From Gemmatimonadota bacterium (GTDB lineage: Bacteria; Gemmatimonadota; Gemmatimonadetes; Palauibacterales; Palauibacteraceae), in assembly GCA_965116475.1 (NCBI GenBank), contig OZ220691.1:768001-832000 (forward strand): a stretch of DNA of 64,000 nucleotides, written 5' to 3'. Position numbers and translations under genes: made by a program. The notes beneath the pieces were generated by a model. It did not search any database and had not been told where the DNA came from. It worked only from the letters and a program-made list of their open reading frames with translations. Numbering within the stretch: the first letter of the stretch is position 1; every line of letters begins with the position of its first letter. This document shows, piece by piece, positions 19,701 through 28,486 of this stretch.

Positions 19701-19967
19701 CAGTCCGTGGGTATCCCAGCCGGCCTTCCGCGGCACGTGGTACCCGGACATGGTGCGGTACCGCGCCACCGCGTCCTTGATCGTGCGGGCCAGGATGTGA
19801 TGGACGCCGGGCGCGGCGTTCGCGGTCGGCGGCCCCTCGTAGAACACGAAGTCCGGCGCATCCGCCCGGGCCGCGAGGCTCCGCTCGAAGGTCTTCTCTT
19901 CTTCCCAGCGTCCGAGGATTTCGGTTTCGAGCCCGCGTACGGACTCCGGCATTGGCCGATAGGCCAT
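16707..19967 (-). CDS. ileS: Isoleucyl-tRNA synthetase, type 2
   Basis: FYEGPPTAN, GVHH in the HIGH position, GWDTHGLPVE, WTTTPWTLP, EGVDQTRGWF, KMSKS; IleRS2-type C-terminus. Confidence 0.97.
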   Translation of the reverse strand: MAYRPMPESVRGLETEILGRWEEEKTFERSLAARADAPDFVFYEGPPTANAAPGVHHILARTIKDAVARYRTMSGYHVPRKAGWDTHGLPVELEVERSLGISGKPDIERYGIREFNDRCRNNVFRYQDAWERLSRDIGYWLDYGAPYVTYSPEFIESGWWALSEIEKRGLLYRGYRVIPTCPRCGTGLSSHEVAQGYRDVTEPAVYIKFHLVDDPDDARILSWTTTPWTLPGNLGLAVGPDIPYARVRVLPEAADGATDGATDGARAPARTHDGPGGAAPGEVLILALDRVSEVLRHPYEIVGTMRADELAGRSYRPLFPGAVDGAGSETAWTVLEADFVTVDEGTGVVHTAVMYGEDDFRLGEAEGLPMQHTVGEDGRFLDAVPGGIAGMHVKDRETERALRDWAVAHDQLYLREMYEHSYPHCWRCDSALLYMARDSWYIRTTAVKSRLLEHNASIDWHPPETGSGRMGEWLQNNIDWALSRERYWGTPLPIWLCSEDGGHREVLGSFAELGRRVGGLPEDFDPHRPGIDAYEWCCLVDGCGGTMRRVPEVADAWFDSGSMPYAQWHYPFENRDTFERYFPADYIAEGVDQTRGWFYSLLALSTILFDRAPFRAVVVNDQVLDAKGRKMSKSRGNAVDPRDALDTYGADVTRFYFLSGSNPWVPKRWDPSALRETDRKLFATLRHTYRFFALYANEEEWSHTASAAAPVSDRSDLDRWVLARLDRVVRLVGEALDSFDLTAGARAIQEFVLDDVSNWYVRRSRDRFWATQPGAAAASADAFSTLHECLVTTSRLLAPYAPFMSDWLYRALTDETSVHLADFPEPAGHSAPELEQAMEDVRRLVALGRAAREKAGVRIRQPLRALHAVLPEGRALAGPMAALAMEELNVKKVVSLGDSEDLTRLYAKPRFGALGPKHGARTPAVAAGIANLDAAALRKLRDGERLDIEIGGERVQVTPEDLVIQEETLTDLAVATGSGYLAAVDTELDDALRAEGYAREIVNRVQRLRRDAGLEVADRIRLGVAGPRELERAVSAHADYIAGETLAVEVRTGSAPRDGLTTAVVKIDDVEVRIGIGGVGERAREG

Positions 19968-20044
19968 GAGGTACTCCGTCTGGCGATTCCTGGATGGCCG
20001 ACGCAGTCGTCGGAACGGCGGGCGTGCGCAGCCGGGCGCTGCGG

Positions 20045-20752
20045 TCAGGTCGACGCGGCGCCCGAACCGCCGACGTCGACCCGGCTAATCGATGGAGGCG
20101 GAAGCTCGGCACCGGATCTCGGCGCCGTGGCCTCGACAGCGGCAACGTCGTCGGTCCCGGCGGCGGCCCCGGCGGCGGCCCCGGCGGCGGCCCCATCGCC
20201 GGCCCCGTCCCGGGCCGGCGCGACCGGATCCGAGCCGCCGCTCATCCCTCGGAGCCGTTCGATGAAGGTGTGGAGATCGCTCGATCCATCCCCGAACCGT
20301 TCATCCTCGAAGTCGAGGTACTCCTCGAAACGCTCGAACAGCTTCCGGAGGGAGGCGAGGAAGCGGCCCCGCGTCGCCTTCAGGTCTTCGACCTTGTCGT
20401 GGCAGAGGCGGACGGCCCGCTCGGCGTCGGCGAGCACGGCGTCGGCGCGCATCTCGGCCTCGCGGACCCGCACGGCCGCATCGCGCTCGGACTGCTGGCG
20501 GGCCTCCTCGCGCAACTCCTGTGCGGCCAGCAGCGCTTCGTTGAGGGCCCGCTCGCGGGCTCTGTAGCTCTCCAACTGGTGTTTCTGCTGCTCGATCCGG
20601 TCGCTGAGGACGACGTGCTCGCGGACGTGGCGCTCGAGGCAATCCGCCACGACCGCCAGGAACGCATCGACCTGCTGGGCGTCGTACCCGCGCACGGAAC
20701 GCCTGAAATCGTCTTTCTTCTTGCGGACGTCGAGCGGCGTCAGATCGATCAT
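20045..20752 (-). CDS. DivIVA-domain protein
   Basis: MIDLTPLDVRKK..FRRSVRGYDAQQVDAFL plus coiled coil; ATGA overlap with yggS. Confidence 0.9.
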   Translation of the reverse strand: MIDLTPLDVRKKKDDFRRSVRGYDAQQVDAFLAVVADCLERHVREHVVLSDRIEQQKHQLESYRARERALNEALLAAQELREEARQQSERDAAVRVREAEMRADAVLADAERAVRLCHDKVEDLKATRGRFLASLRKLFERFEEYLDFEDERFGDGSSDLHTFIERLRGMSGGSDPVAPARDGAGDGAAAGAAAGAAAGTDDVAAVEATAPRSGAELPPPSISRVDVGGSGAAST

Positions 20753-21447
20753 CTCTCCCCCAGTAGCACCGTGCCGAGCCGCACCCGCGTGCTCCCCTCT
20801 TCGATCGCGATCTCGAAGTCGTTGCTCATCCCCATCGAGAGCGCCCGGCCCGCGAAGCCCGGAATCTCCGCCCGGCAGCGCTCCAGCAGCCGCGCGGCCC
20901 CGCGAAAGACGGGTCGGACGACGGCTTCGTCCGCCGTAAAGGGCGCCATCGTCATCAGTCCGGCCACGCGCAGACCGGGCAGTTCGCAGATCTCGGCCAC
21001 GGCGTCGAGCGCCACCTCCGGGCCCAGGCCGGCTTTCGCGGCCTCTCCCGACGTGTTCACCTGCACGAGCACCTCGACCGGTTCGCGCTGCTCCTCCCCG
21101 ACGATCCGGCTCAGCGTGCCCGCGAGCCGCAGGCTGTCCACGGACTCCACCACATCGAACAGCCGCACCGCGCGCCGCGCCTTGTTGCGCTGCAGGCGGC
21201 CGATCAGGTGCCACGCGACACCGGGCGTCGGCCCCAGCTCCGACCGCTTGGCCTCGGCCTCCGGCACCCGGTTCTCGCCGATCCGGCCCACGCCCAGGGC
21301 GTTCACGATCTCGATTCCCCGGGCCGGATGTCCCTTCGTCACGGGAAGGATCTCGACATCGCCCGCGCGCCGTCCGGCCCGCCTCGCCGCAGCCTCGATG
21401 CGCTCGGCCACCCTGGCCAGCCGGGCCTCGACCTGATCTTTCGTCAC
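20749..21447 (-). CDS. yggS: PLP homeostasis protein YggS
   Basis: VTK, GENRVPE, WHLIGRLQRNK, GLMTMAP, LSMGMSND, VRLGT. Confidence 0.95.
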   Translation of the reverse strand: MTKDQVEARLARVAERIEAAARRAGRRAGDVEILPVTKGHPARGIEIVNALGVGRIGENRVPEAEAKRSELGPTPGVAWHLIGRLQRNKARRAVRLFDVVESVDSLRLAGTLSRIVGEEQREPVEVLVQVNTSGEAAKAGLGPEVALDAVAEICELPGLRVAGLMTMAPFTADEAVVRPVFRGAARLLERCRAEIPGFAGRALSMGMSNDFEIAIEEGSTRVRLGTVLLGER

Positions 21448-21522
21448 GCGGCACAGTCTACGAACCGGCGTCCGGCGATGCGAGCCACGCGCCGGAGTCC
21501 GGCGGCGCCCGCCGGAGCGGCC

Positions 21523-21563
21523 AAAAAAGAGCGCCCGGCGTCGCTCTGGCGTCGCCGGGCGCT
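21523..21563 (-). terminator. Intrinsic terminator after tonB
   Basis: AGCGCCCGGCG/CGCCGGGCGCT stem followed by CTTTTTT on the minus strand. Confidence 0.8.
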
Positions 21564-21610
21564 TGCCGCCGCCTCAAATCCGCGGGACGGCGGGATGGTT
21601 CCGTGGGGCC

Positions 21611-21640
21611 GTTAGATCACGCTAGATCTCGCTAGATCAC
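21611..21640 (-). repeat. 3 x 10-bp tandem repeat containing the tonB stop
   Basis: GTGATCTAGC GAGATCTAGC GTGATCTAAC. Confidence 0.85.
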
Positions 21641-22291
21641 CTGGAACGTCACCCACTGCGAGACCCACACCGCGGTGACCTTGTCGCGGTTCTTCGCGGG
21701 CGTGAATCTCATCTGCTGCACAACCTTCCCCGCCGCTTCGTCGAGCAGGCCGTTATCGGAGGAGGTCTTCACCTCGAAGTTCTCGACGGCCCCGCCCTCG
21801 GTCACGTAGAGCCAGAGTTCGACGCGGCCGCCGATGCCGGCATCCTTCAGCGTGCGCGGATACTCCCGCTCCAGAATCTGCTGAATCTCACCCCCGTTCA
21901 GCAGCACGGGAGGCGTGTCGTACGCGATGAAGGACGGCCGGTCCGCCGGGCTCCCGGTCTCGGGAGGCGGGGGCAGCGCGTTATCCGTCGTGAACGACTC
22001 GAACGTCGTCTCCGCGATCGTAATGTCCTCGGAGATGTCGACCGACGCGACCCGCGGCGTGGCCGGACGGGCAATCTGCTCCGGCGGCGGCGGGATCTTC
22101 ACCTCGGGCGGCAGCGCCACCGCTTCGATTTCATCGGCCACCATGCCGAGATCCGCGGCCTCGAACGGGCGCACGAGGACGAACAGCCCGAAGTGGAGCG
22201 TGACGGCCACCATGAGGCCGATCTGTGTCCAGTTGGTGCTCGCTCGCTTGAACTGATCGTTCGCGGTGAGCCGAATTCCGGTCTCTTCCAT
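21632..22291 (-). CDS. tonB: Energy transducer TonB
   Basis: N-terminal TM with His, Pro-rich linker, C-terminal domain YP..GIGGRV..SS..LDEAA..RFTPA. Confidence 0.9.
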   Translation of the reverse strand: MEETGIRLTANDQFKRASTNWTQIGLMVAVTLHFGLFVLVRPFEAADLGMVADEIEAVALPPEVKIPPPPEQIARPATPRVASVDISEDITIAETTFESFTTDNALPPPPETGSPADRPSFIAYDTPPVLLNGGEIQQILEREYPRTLKDAGIGGRVELWLYVTEGGAVENFEVKTSSDNGLLDEAAGKVVQQMRFTPAKNRDKVTAVWVSQWVTFQVI

Positions 22292-22320
22292 CGTTTCTCT
22301 CCCGGTCTCCAGAAACCCGT

Positions 22321-22360
22321 CGTGTGCCAGCGTGTGCCAGCGTGTGTCCGCGTGTGTCTG
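22321..22360. repeat. 4 x 10-bp tandem repeat between exbD and tonB
   Basis: cgtgtgccag cgtgtgccag cgtgtgtccg cgtgtgtctg. Confidence 0.85.
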
Positions 22361-22807
22361 TTAGCGCCGCGCCCGCATCGCGCGCTGCTCGAGCCGCGTG
22401 GCGAAGGTGACGCGGACCGCGCCGGACGCCTGCAGTTCTTCCGTAATTGTATTGATCTGCTGATAGGGAACCTCGGAGTCGCCGCGAATCGCGATCACGA
22501 GTTCACGGTTCTCCGCGTAGATGGGCCGAACCGTTTCCGAGATGTCCTCGAACGGCGTCAGCACGTCGTTGATCCAGACCGAACCGTCGCGCTGGACCCA
22601 GAGATGGAGGATGTTCTGCCGCTTCTCGTCGATCTTCTCGGTGGCTTCGGCGGTCGTCCACTCGATCTGCCGGTTCCGGTCCTTCCGGAAGACGGTCGTC
22701 ACCATGAAGAAGATGAGAAGGAGGAACGCGATGTCCGCCATGGACGACGTGGGGATCGACCCGTCCGACCCGGACTTTTTCTTGAAGCCGCTGTCCTTGA
22801 TGGCCAT
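22361..22807 (-). CDS. exbD: ExbD/TolR family protein
   Basis: SSMADIAFLLLIFFMVTT, IRGDSEVPY. Confidence 0.9.
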   Translation of the reverse strand: MAIKDSGFKKKSGSDGSIPTSSMADIAFLLLIFFMVTTVFRKDRNRQIEWTTAEATEKIDEKRQNILHLWVQRDGSVWINDVLTPFEDISETVRPIYAENRELVIAIRGDSEVPYQQINTITEELQASGAVRVTFATRLEQRAMRARR

Positions 22808-23230
22808 CTAGTTCTCCATCTCCTGTAGCGAGATTCGCTCGGCGCCCGCCAGCTTCACCTCGTCGAGCACGTTCACCATGTGACGGTAGGGCGCGTTGGG
22901 GTGCGTCTGAATGGCGGCGATGAGATTCTCGTTGCCCGCCAGTTCGGTGCGGAGGATGTTCGCCACCTGCGTGTGCGCCACGACCTGTTCCTGCTCGCTC
23001 TCGCCCCGGCGCACGATGACGCGGCCGTCCGGCTGCACGATGAAGAAGATCAGGTTCCTTCCCGACACATCCTGCTCCTCGGCCTGTTCCGGGAGCACGA
23101 TCGGCAGGCCCCGTTCCTCGTTGAATACCGTCGTCGTGAGGAAGAACACCAGGAGGAGGAACGCGATGTCCGCCATCGAAGAGGTCGGGATCTCGTCCGA
23201 CACCTTCTGCTTGCGCTTCATGATCGCCAT
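22808..23230 (-). CDS. exbD: ExbD/TolR family protein
   Basis: SSMADIAFLLLVFFLTTT, APYRHMVNVLDEV. Confidence 0.9.
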   Translation of the reverse strand: MAIMKRKQKVSDEIPTSSMADIAFLLLVFFLTTTVFNEERGLPIVLPEQAEEQDVSGRNLIFFIVQPDGRVIVRRGESEQEQVVAHTQVANILRTELAGNENLIAAIQTHPNAPYRHMVNVLDEVKLAGAERISLQEMEN

Positions 23231-23287
23231 TGTGGACTTCTCCGTTTGTCGTCCCGAGGCAGGACTCGGGGCTCGTCGGCGCGCCCG

Positions 23288-23941
23288 CTAGGTGCGCCGG
23301 TCCTCGAGGTCCCAGATAAGCCCGAGCACCTCCTGCGCCCCTTCCTCCATGTCGAGGATGAGACGATCGATGCGGGTGACGAAAAAGTTGTAGCCGATGT
23401 TGACGGGGATCGCGATCGAGAGTCCGGTGGCGGTCGTGATGAGCGCCACCTTGATGCCGCCGGCGACGAGGCCCGGCTCCACCTGTCCGGCGATCTCGAT
23501 GGCCTGGAAGGCGAGAATCATCCCGATCACGGTGCCGAGGAAGCCCAGCATGGGGGCGACGTTCGCGATCGTACCCAGGACCGTCAGGCCGCGCTCGAGG
23601 AAGTCGAGCTCGATCACGCCGGTCGTTGCGATCGCCTTCTGGATGTCCTTCCCGTCGGAGCGCGTATCGCCGCGGTCGCGGAGCCGGCGCAGACCGGCGA
23701 GGAGGATCGCGGCGACGGGCCCGCGCGTTTCCTCCGCCGTCGTGATCGCTTCACCGAGGCGGCCGCTCACGCCGAGGTCCTCGATCTCGTCGAGCAGTTT
23801 CCTGGAGTCGCGGTGGGCAATCCAGAGCGTCCACGCCTTGGCCAGCATCACGCCGATCGCGATCAGCGAGCAGAGGACAAGGGGGTACATCATGAACCCG
23901 CCATCGGTGAACAGCGTCAGCAACTCGTACTGATTGCCCAT
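23288..23941 (-). CDS. exbB: MotA/TolQ/ExbB proton channel
   Basis: APMLGFLGTVIGMI, GIKVALITTATGL. Confidence 0.92.
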   Translation of the reverse strand: MGNQYELLTLFTDGGFMMYPLVLCSLIAIGVMLAKAWTLWIAHRDSRKLLDEIEDLGVSGRLGEAITTAEETRGPVAAILLAGLRRLRDRGDTRSDGKDIQKAIATTGVIELDFLERGLTVLGTIANVAPMLGFLGTVIGMILAFQAIEIAGQVEPGLVAGGIKVALITTATGLSIAIPVNIGYNFFVTRIDRLILDMEEGAQEVLGLIWDLEDRRT

Positions 23942-23998
23942 ATCGCCTGCCCGTGAGGGATTTGCCGCCTGATCGTGGCCTGGTTGTAGCTCGCAAAA

Positions 23999-24027
23999 AG
24001 TTTAGGGGACGGACGGAGCCTCGTCAA
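23999..24027 (-). promoter_or_regulatory. sigma70-type promoter for exbB-exbD-exbD-tonB
   Basis: TTGACG-N17-TAAACT inside the dacA 3' end; the -10 includes the dacA TAA stop. Confidence 0.7.
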
Positions 24028-24871
24028 ACCGTTTGGGCCCGTCGCGCCGATCCGCCGACTCCGCGTCGCGATCGGCGCCGGGGCGGCCCAGTTCCGGCGC
24101 CGGGACGTCGGCGGCCAGGTGGTCGCGGAGTTGCTGCGACGCGAGGTTCCGGCGCAGGACGCCGCGGCGGGCCAGGGAAATCTGGCTCGTCTCCTCGGAC
24201 ACGACCACGACGTACGCGTCGGTCTCCTCCGAGAGCCCGAGCGTGGCCCGGTGCCGGGTGCCGAGCGTCCGGTCGCTGAGGGGATACTGCGTGAGCGGCA
24301 GGTGGACGCCGGCGGCGACGATCTGCCCGTCGCGCACGATGACCGCCCCATCGTGAAGGGGCGACTTGGGCGTGAACAGCGACACGAGCAGGCTGGACGA
24401 CACATCCGCCCTGAGGCGCGTCCCCGTTTTCTCGATGTACTCCTCGAGGGACAGCTCCCGTTCGATCGCGATGATCGCCCCCGTCCGGGTGCGGGACAGT
24501 TCGGCCGCCGCTTTCGCGATTTCGTCCGCGACCGCCTCGCTGCGCTCCTGCAGCCGGGTCAGCGCGCTCAGTACGCGGCTGCGGCCGATCCGGGCGAGCG
24601 CGTTCCGCAACTCGGGGTGAAAGACGACGATGAGGGCGAAGGCACCGTAGGTGAAGGCCTGCGACAGGATCGACCGGATGAGGTCGAGGCTGAGCCACCC
24701 GGCCGCCGCGTACACCGCGACGAGGAGGACGAGGCCGAACAGCATCTGGAACGCCCGGGTGCCCGACCAGAGGATGAGCACCCGGTAGATGAGAACCGCG
24801 ACGACCGTGATCTCGAAGACGTCCAGGAGATCGATCTGAAGCAGGCCCAGGTAGTTCCAGAGGGCGCCCAT
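24002..24871 (-). CDS. dacA: Diadenylate cyclase CdaA/DacA
   Basis: Three N-terminal TMs, FHPELRNAL, PLHDGAVI, GTRHRA, VSEET. Confidence 0.93.
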   Translation of the reverse strand: MGALWNYLGLLQIDLLDVFEITVVAVLIYRVLILWSGTRAFQMLFGLVLLVAVYAAAGWLSLDLIRSILSQAFTYGAFALIVVFHPELRNALARIGRSRVLSALTRLQERSEAVADEIAKAAAELSRTRTGAIIAIERELSLEEYIEKTGTRLRADVSSSLLVSLFTPKSPLHDGAVIVRDGQIVAAGVHLPLTQYPLSDRTLGTRHRATLGLSEETDAYVVVVSEETSQISLARRGVLRRNLASQQLRDHLAADVPAPELGRPGADRDAESADRRDGPKRFDEAPSVP

Positions 24872-25845
24872 CAGCGGCGCTCCCCGGCCGCGCGCGGGCG
24901 GACCGGCGGACGGGCGTCGCGCACGCCGCCGTCGCGGCGGGCGATCGCCTGCTCGACGTCGAGCGCCTGGCGCGTTTCACGGACGTCGTGCACCCGCAGC
25001 ACATCGGCGCCGCGCCGCGCCGCGGCCAGGCACGCGGCCACGGAGGCGGTGACGCGCTCGGCCGGCCCCAGATCGAGCAGCGCCCCGAGAAAGGACTTGC
25101 GCGACGGGCCGATCCACACCGGCGCGCCGAGCGACGCGATCTCGCCGAGCCGGGCCAGCAGTTCGAGGTTTCCGTCCACGGACTTGCCGAAGCCGAGCCC
25201 CGGGTCGAGCGCGATCTGCCCCGGCTCGCAACCCGCATCGAGCGCCGTCCGCCGCGCGTCGGCGAGGGCGCCGCGGACTTCGGCCGCGACGTCGCGGTAG
25301 GCGGTATCGCGCTGCATGGTTCGAGGCGTGCCGCGCATGTGCATGAGGACGAGCCCGACGCCGGTACGGGCCGCGAGCCCCGCCAGCGCCGGCTCGGCGC
25401 GCAGGGCGGTCACGTCGTTGATCGCCGCCGCTCCCGCGTCCACCGCCCGCTCCGCCACCTCGAGTTTGTGCGTATCCACGGAGATGGGGATCGGGAGGTC
25501 GCGAAGTCCGCGGAGCACGGGTTCGAGGCGGGCCCATTCCTCGTCCGCCGGCACCGGGCCGGCGCCGGGACGCGTGGACTCGGCCCCGATGTCGAGGATC
25601 GCCGCCCCCTCTTCCGCGATCTGCCGGCCTCGCGCGATCGCCCTCGCGGGCCGCTCGAACCGGCCCCCATCCGAGAACGAGTCAGGCGTGACGTTCAGGA
25701 TGCCCGCGATCACCGGCGATTCGAGACAGATCTCCCGATCGCCTGTTCGCCAGGTGCGCGCCGCCCCCGCCGTCGAGAGCCCCGTCGAGAGCCCAGTCGA
25801 GGGCCCCGTCGAGAGCCCCGTCCGCGCAAGCCGGGGTTTCGCCAT
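24871..25845 (-). CDS. folP: Dihydropteroate synthase
   Basis: GILNVTPDSFSDGG, ESTRPGA, DPGLGFGK, SRKSF, RVHDV. Confidence 0.96.
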   Translation of the reverse strand: MAKPRLARTGLSTGPSTGLSTGLSTAGAARTWRTGDREICLESPVIAGILNVTPDSFSDGGRFERPARAIARGRQIAEEGAAILDIGAESTRPGAGPVPADEEWARLEPVLRGLRDLPIPISVDTHKLEVAERAVDAGAAAINDVTALRAEPALAGLAARTGVGLVLMHMRGTPRTMQRDTAYRDVAAEVRGALADARRTALDAGCEPGQIALDPGLGFGKSVDGNLELLARLGEIASLGAPVWIGPSRKSFLGALLDLGPAERVTASVAACLAAARRGADVLRVHDVRETRQALDVEQAIARRDGGVRDARPPVRPRAAGERR

Positions 25846-25851
25846 GGGCGG

Positions 25852-27852
25852 CTAGGCGGGAGCCGGGGCGGGCTCGCCCCCCGCGCCCTCCAGGGGACGC
25901 TCGCGCTGCGGCGCCGGTTCGATGGCCGCCGGCTGCGGCGCCGGCGGGGCGGGCTCCGGAACCGGGGCCGGCAACTCCCTGCCCTCCTCGAGCAGCTTGA
26001 TATCGTCCACATCGAGCGTTTCACGCTCCAGCAGCGCCTTCGCGATCGCCTCCAGCAGGGGCTGATTCTCTTCGAGGACGACGCGCGTGGCGGCGTACGA
26101 CTCGTCGAGGATGCGCTTGATCTCGCCGTCCACGAGTTCGGCCGTCTTCTCGCTGACCTCGCGGCGCTGGGAAAGATCCCGGCCCAGAAAGACCTCCTGC
26201 TCCCGGTCTCCTACGGACATCGCGCCCACGGCCGGCGACATCCCGAACTGCGTGACCATGCGGCGCGAGAGATCCGTCGCGCGCTCGATGTCGTTGCCGG
26301 CGCCGGTCGTGATCTTGCCGTCGCCGAACATCATCTCTTCGGCCACGCGCCCGCCGAACAGCATCTTGAGCTGGCCCTCGAGCCATTCCTTCGTGTAGTT
26401 GTGGCGGTCCTCCTCGGGGAGCGAGGCCGTAATCCCGAGGGCACGTCCGCGCGGGACGATCGTCACCTTGTGGAGCGGGTCCAGGCCCGGGACGCGGAGG
26501 GCGACCACGGCATGTCCGGCCTCGTGGTAGGCCGTCACGCGGCGCTCGTCCTCGGAGATCACCATGCTCCGCCGCTCGGTGCCGAGCATGACCTTGTCCT
26601 TGGCCCGCTCGAACTCCTCCATGTAGACGCGATCCTTGTCGTCCCGCGCCGCGATGAGCGCGGCCTCGTTCACGACGTTCTCGATGTCCGCGCCCGAGAG
26701 CCCCGGGGTCCCCTTCGCCAGCACCGCGAGGTCGACGTCGTCGGCGAGCGGGATGTCCTGCGTGTGGACCTGGAAGATCCCCTCGCGGCCCTTGATGTCG
26801 GGATTGTCGACCACGATCTGGCGGTCGAAGCGGCCCGGGCGCAGGAGGGCGGGATCGAGCACGTCCGGCCGGTTCGTCGCCGCAAGGAGGATCACCCCTT
26901 CGTTCGATTCGAACCCGTCCATCTCCACGAGCAACTGGTTCAGGGTCTGTTCCCGCTCGTCGTGGCCGCCCCCGAGACCGGCCCCGCGGTGGCGTCCGAC
27001 CGCATCGATCTCGTCGATGAAGATGATGCAGGGCGCCTGGGCCTTCCCCTGTTCGAAGAGGTCGCGGACGCGGGAGGCGCCCACGCCGACGAACATCTCC
27101 ACGAAGTCGGAGCCCGACATCGAGAAGAACGGCCGGCCGGCCTCCCCGGCGACGGCTCTCGCGAGGAGCGTCTTTCCGGTCCCCGGCGGGCCGACGAGCA
27201 GCGCGCCCTTCGGCAGACGCCCGCCCAGGCGCGAGAACTTCCGCGGGTCCTTGAGGAATTCGATGATCTCCTGCAGTTCGTCCTTCGCTTCATCGCATCC
27301 CGCGACATCGGCGAAGGTGATCTTCGGCGTGTCTCCGCTCAGGAGCCGAGCCTTCGATTTTCCGAAGCTGAACGCGCGCGATCCTCCGGCCTGCATCTGC
27401 CGGATGACGAAGAGCCAGAGCCCGATGATGAAGATCCAGGGAAGGATCGAGATGAATACGTTGAGCCAGTTGCTGCGCGCGGGGAGGGTTTCGATCGTGA
27501 TGTCGGCCGCGAGCAGTTCGCTCATGAGGACGTCGCCGATCTCCCGCGTAGGCAGCAGGAGATGGAAGTTCGTGATTTCCGTCTCTTCGACGGTGATCGC
27601 GCTCCTGAGGCGCCCCTCCACTTCCCCGGTGCCGAGGCGCACCTGGATCTCCGCGATGTTCTGCTGCTCGATCTGTTCCTGGAACTGCGTATAGTTCAGC
27701 GTCTCCCGGCCCTCTCCGGCTCCGCCCATGAACTGGAGGAGGGCGACGGGGATCAGAATCAGCAGGGCCCAGAACGACGCCGTCCTGAGCCATCGCTGCA
27801 TGCGCCCCGAAGGATCGCTGCCGTCCGGCTTCTGCTGCTGTTCTTGTCTCAT
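25852..27852 (-). CDS. ftsH: ATP-dependent zinc metalloprotease FtsH
   Basis: Two TMs, [23 protein letters not shown]. Confidence 0.98.
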   Translation of the reverse strand: MRQEQQQKPDGSDPSGRMQRWLRTASFWALLILIPVALLQFMGGAGEGRETLNYTQFQEQIEQQNIAEIQVRLGTGEVEGRLRSAITVEETEITNFHLLLPTREIGDVLMSELLAADITIETLPARSNWLNVFISILPWIFIIGLWLFVIRQMQAGGSRAFSFGKSKARLLSGDTPKITFADVAGCDEAKDELQEIIEFLKDPRKFSRLGGRLPKGALLVGPPGTGKTLLARAVAGEAGRPFFSMSGSDFVEMFVGVGASRVRDLFEQGKAQAPCIIFIDEIDAVGRHRGAGLGGGHDEREQTLNQLLVEMDGFESNEGVILLAATNRPDVLDPALLRPGRFDRQIVVDNPDIKGREGIFQVHTQDIPLADDVDLAVLAKGTPGLSGADIENVVNEAALIAARDDKDRVYMEEFERAKDKVMLGTERRSMVISEDERRVTAYHEAGHAVVALRVPGLDPLHKVTIVPRGRALGITASLPEEDRHNYTKEWLEGQLKMLFGGRVAEEMMFGDGKITTGAGNDIERATDLSRRMVTQFGMSPAVGAMSVGDREQEVFLGRDLSQRREVSEKTAELVDGEIKRILDESYAATRVVLEENQPLLEAIAKALLERETLDVDDIKLLEEGRELPAPVPEPAPPAPQPAAIEPAPQRERPLEGAGGEPAPAPA

Positions 27853-27922
27853 GTTGATCTATTCCGACCTGTTCAGGCTCCGATATCTCGCCTGCGGTCC
27901 TCTCGTGTACGTCGTGTACGGT

Positions 27923-28486
27923 TCACGTACGGGGACACGCAATGAACGGAAGGTGGCGAAAATCCTCCCCGTGATCCAATCCATACCCCACAAGGAACTC
28001 ATTTGGTGCATCGAAGCCAACCCACCGCGGCTCCCATTCGAGATCCGGCGCGATGCGCTTGTGGAGGAGCGCGCAGATCTCGAGAGAAGCGGGACCTCGG
28101 TCGGCGATCCCTCCGCACAACTGGTTCAGCGTGGTGCCGCTGTCGACGATGTCCTCGATGATGATGATGTGCCGGCCGGCCATCGGGGCCCGCGGGTCGT
28201 AGAGCAGCTCCACGTGGCCCGAACTCTTCGTGCCCTTGCCGTAGCTGGACGCGACGAGGAAGTCGACCTGCAGCGGACGCCGGATCTGGCGCACCAGATC
28301 GCCCAGGAACACGAACGATCCCTTGAGCAGTCCGAGCAGCAGGATGTCGGCGTCCGGCGGGTAGGCGGCGGCGATCTCCGTTCCCATGCGGGCGACGCGG
28401 GCCGCGATCTCCGATGCGGAGTAGACGATGCGCCCGAGGGACTCGCCCCCGGTGTATTCCGTGAACTCACGTTCCGCGGTCTTCAT
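27923..28486 (-). CDS. hpt: Hypoxanthine phosphoribosyltransferase
   Basis: LLKGSF, IEDIVDSGTTL, FLVGYGLD; tilS-hpt-ftsH synteny. Confidence 0.95.
   Translation of the reverse strand: MKTAEREFTEYTGGESLGRIVYSASEIAARVARMGTEIAAAYPPDADILLLGLLKGSFVFLGDLVRQIRRPLQVDFLVASSYGKGTKSSGHVELLYDPRAPMAGRHIIIIEDIVDSGTTLNQLCGGIADRGPASLEICALLHKRIAPDLEWEPRWVGFDAPNEFLVGYGLDHGEDFRHLPFIACPRT

Noticed and set aside
19968..20044. T-box or riboswitch upstream of ileS
   Set aside because: Gap is too short and lacks T-box motifs.
17367..20567. 1066-aa plus-strand ORF
   Set aside because: Antisense to ileS/divIVA; long shadow frames are expected at this GC; no motifs.
22321..22360. Short repeats as possible CRISPR or iteron array
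   Set aside because: Contiguous 10-bp units with no spacers; no cas or rep genes nearby.
24988..27945. 985-aa plus-strand ORF
   Set aside because: Antisense to folP/ftsH.
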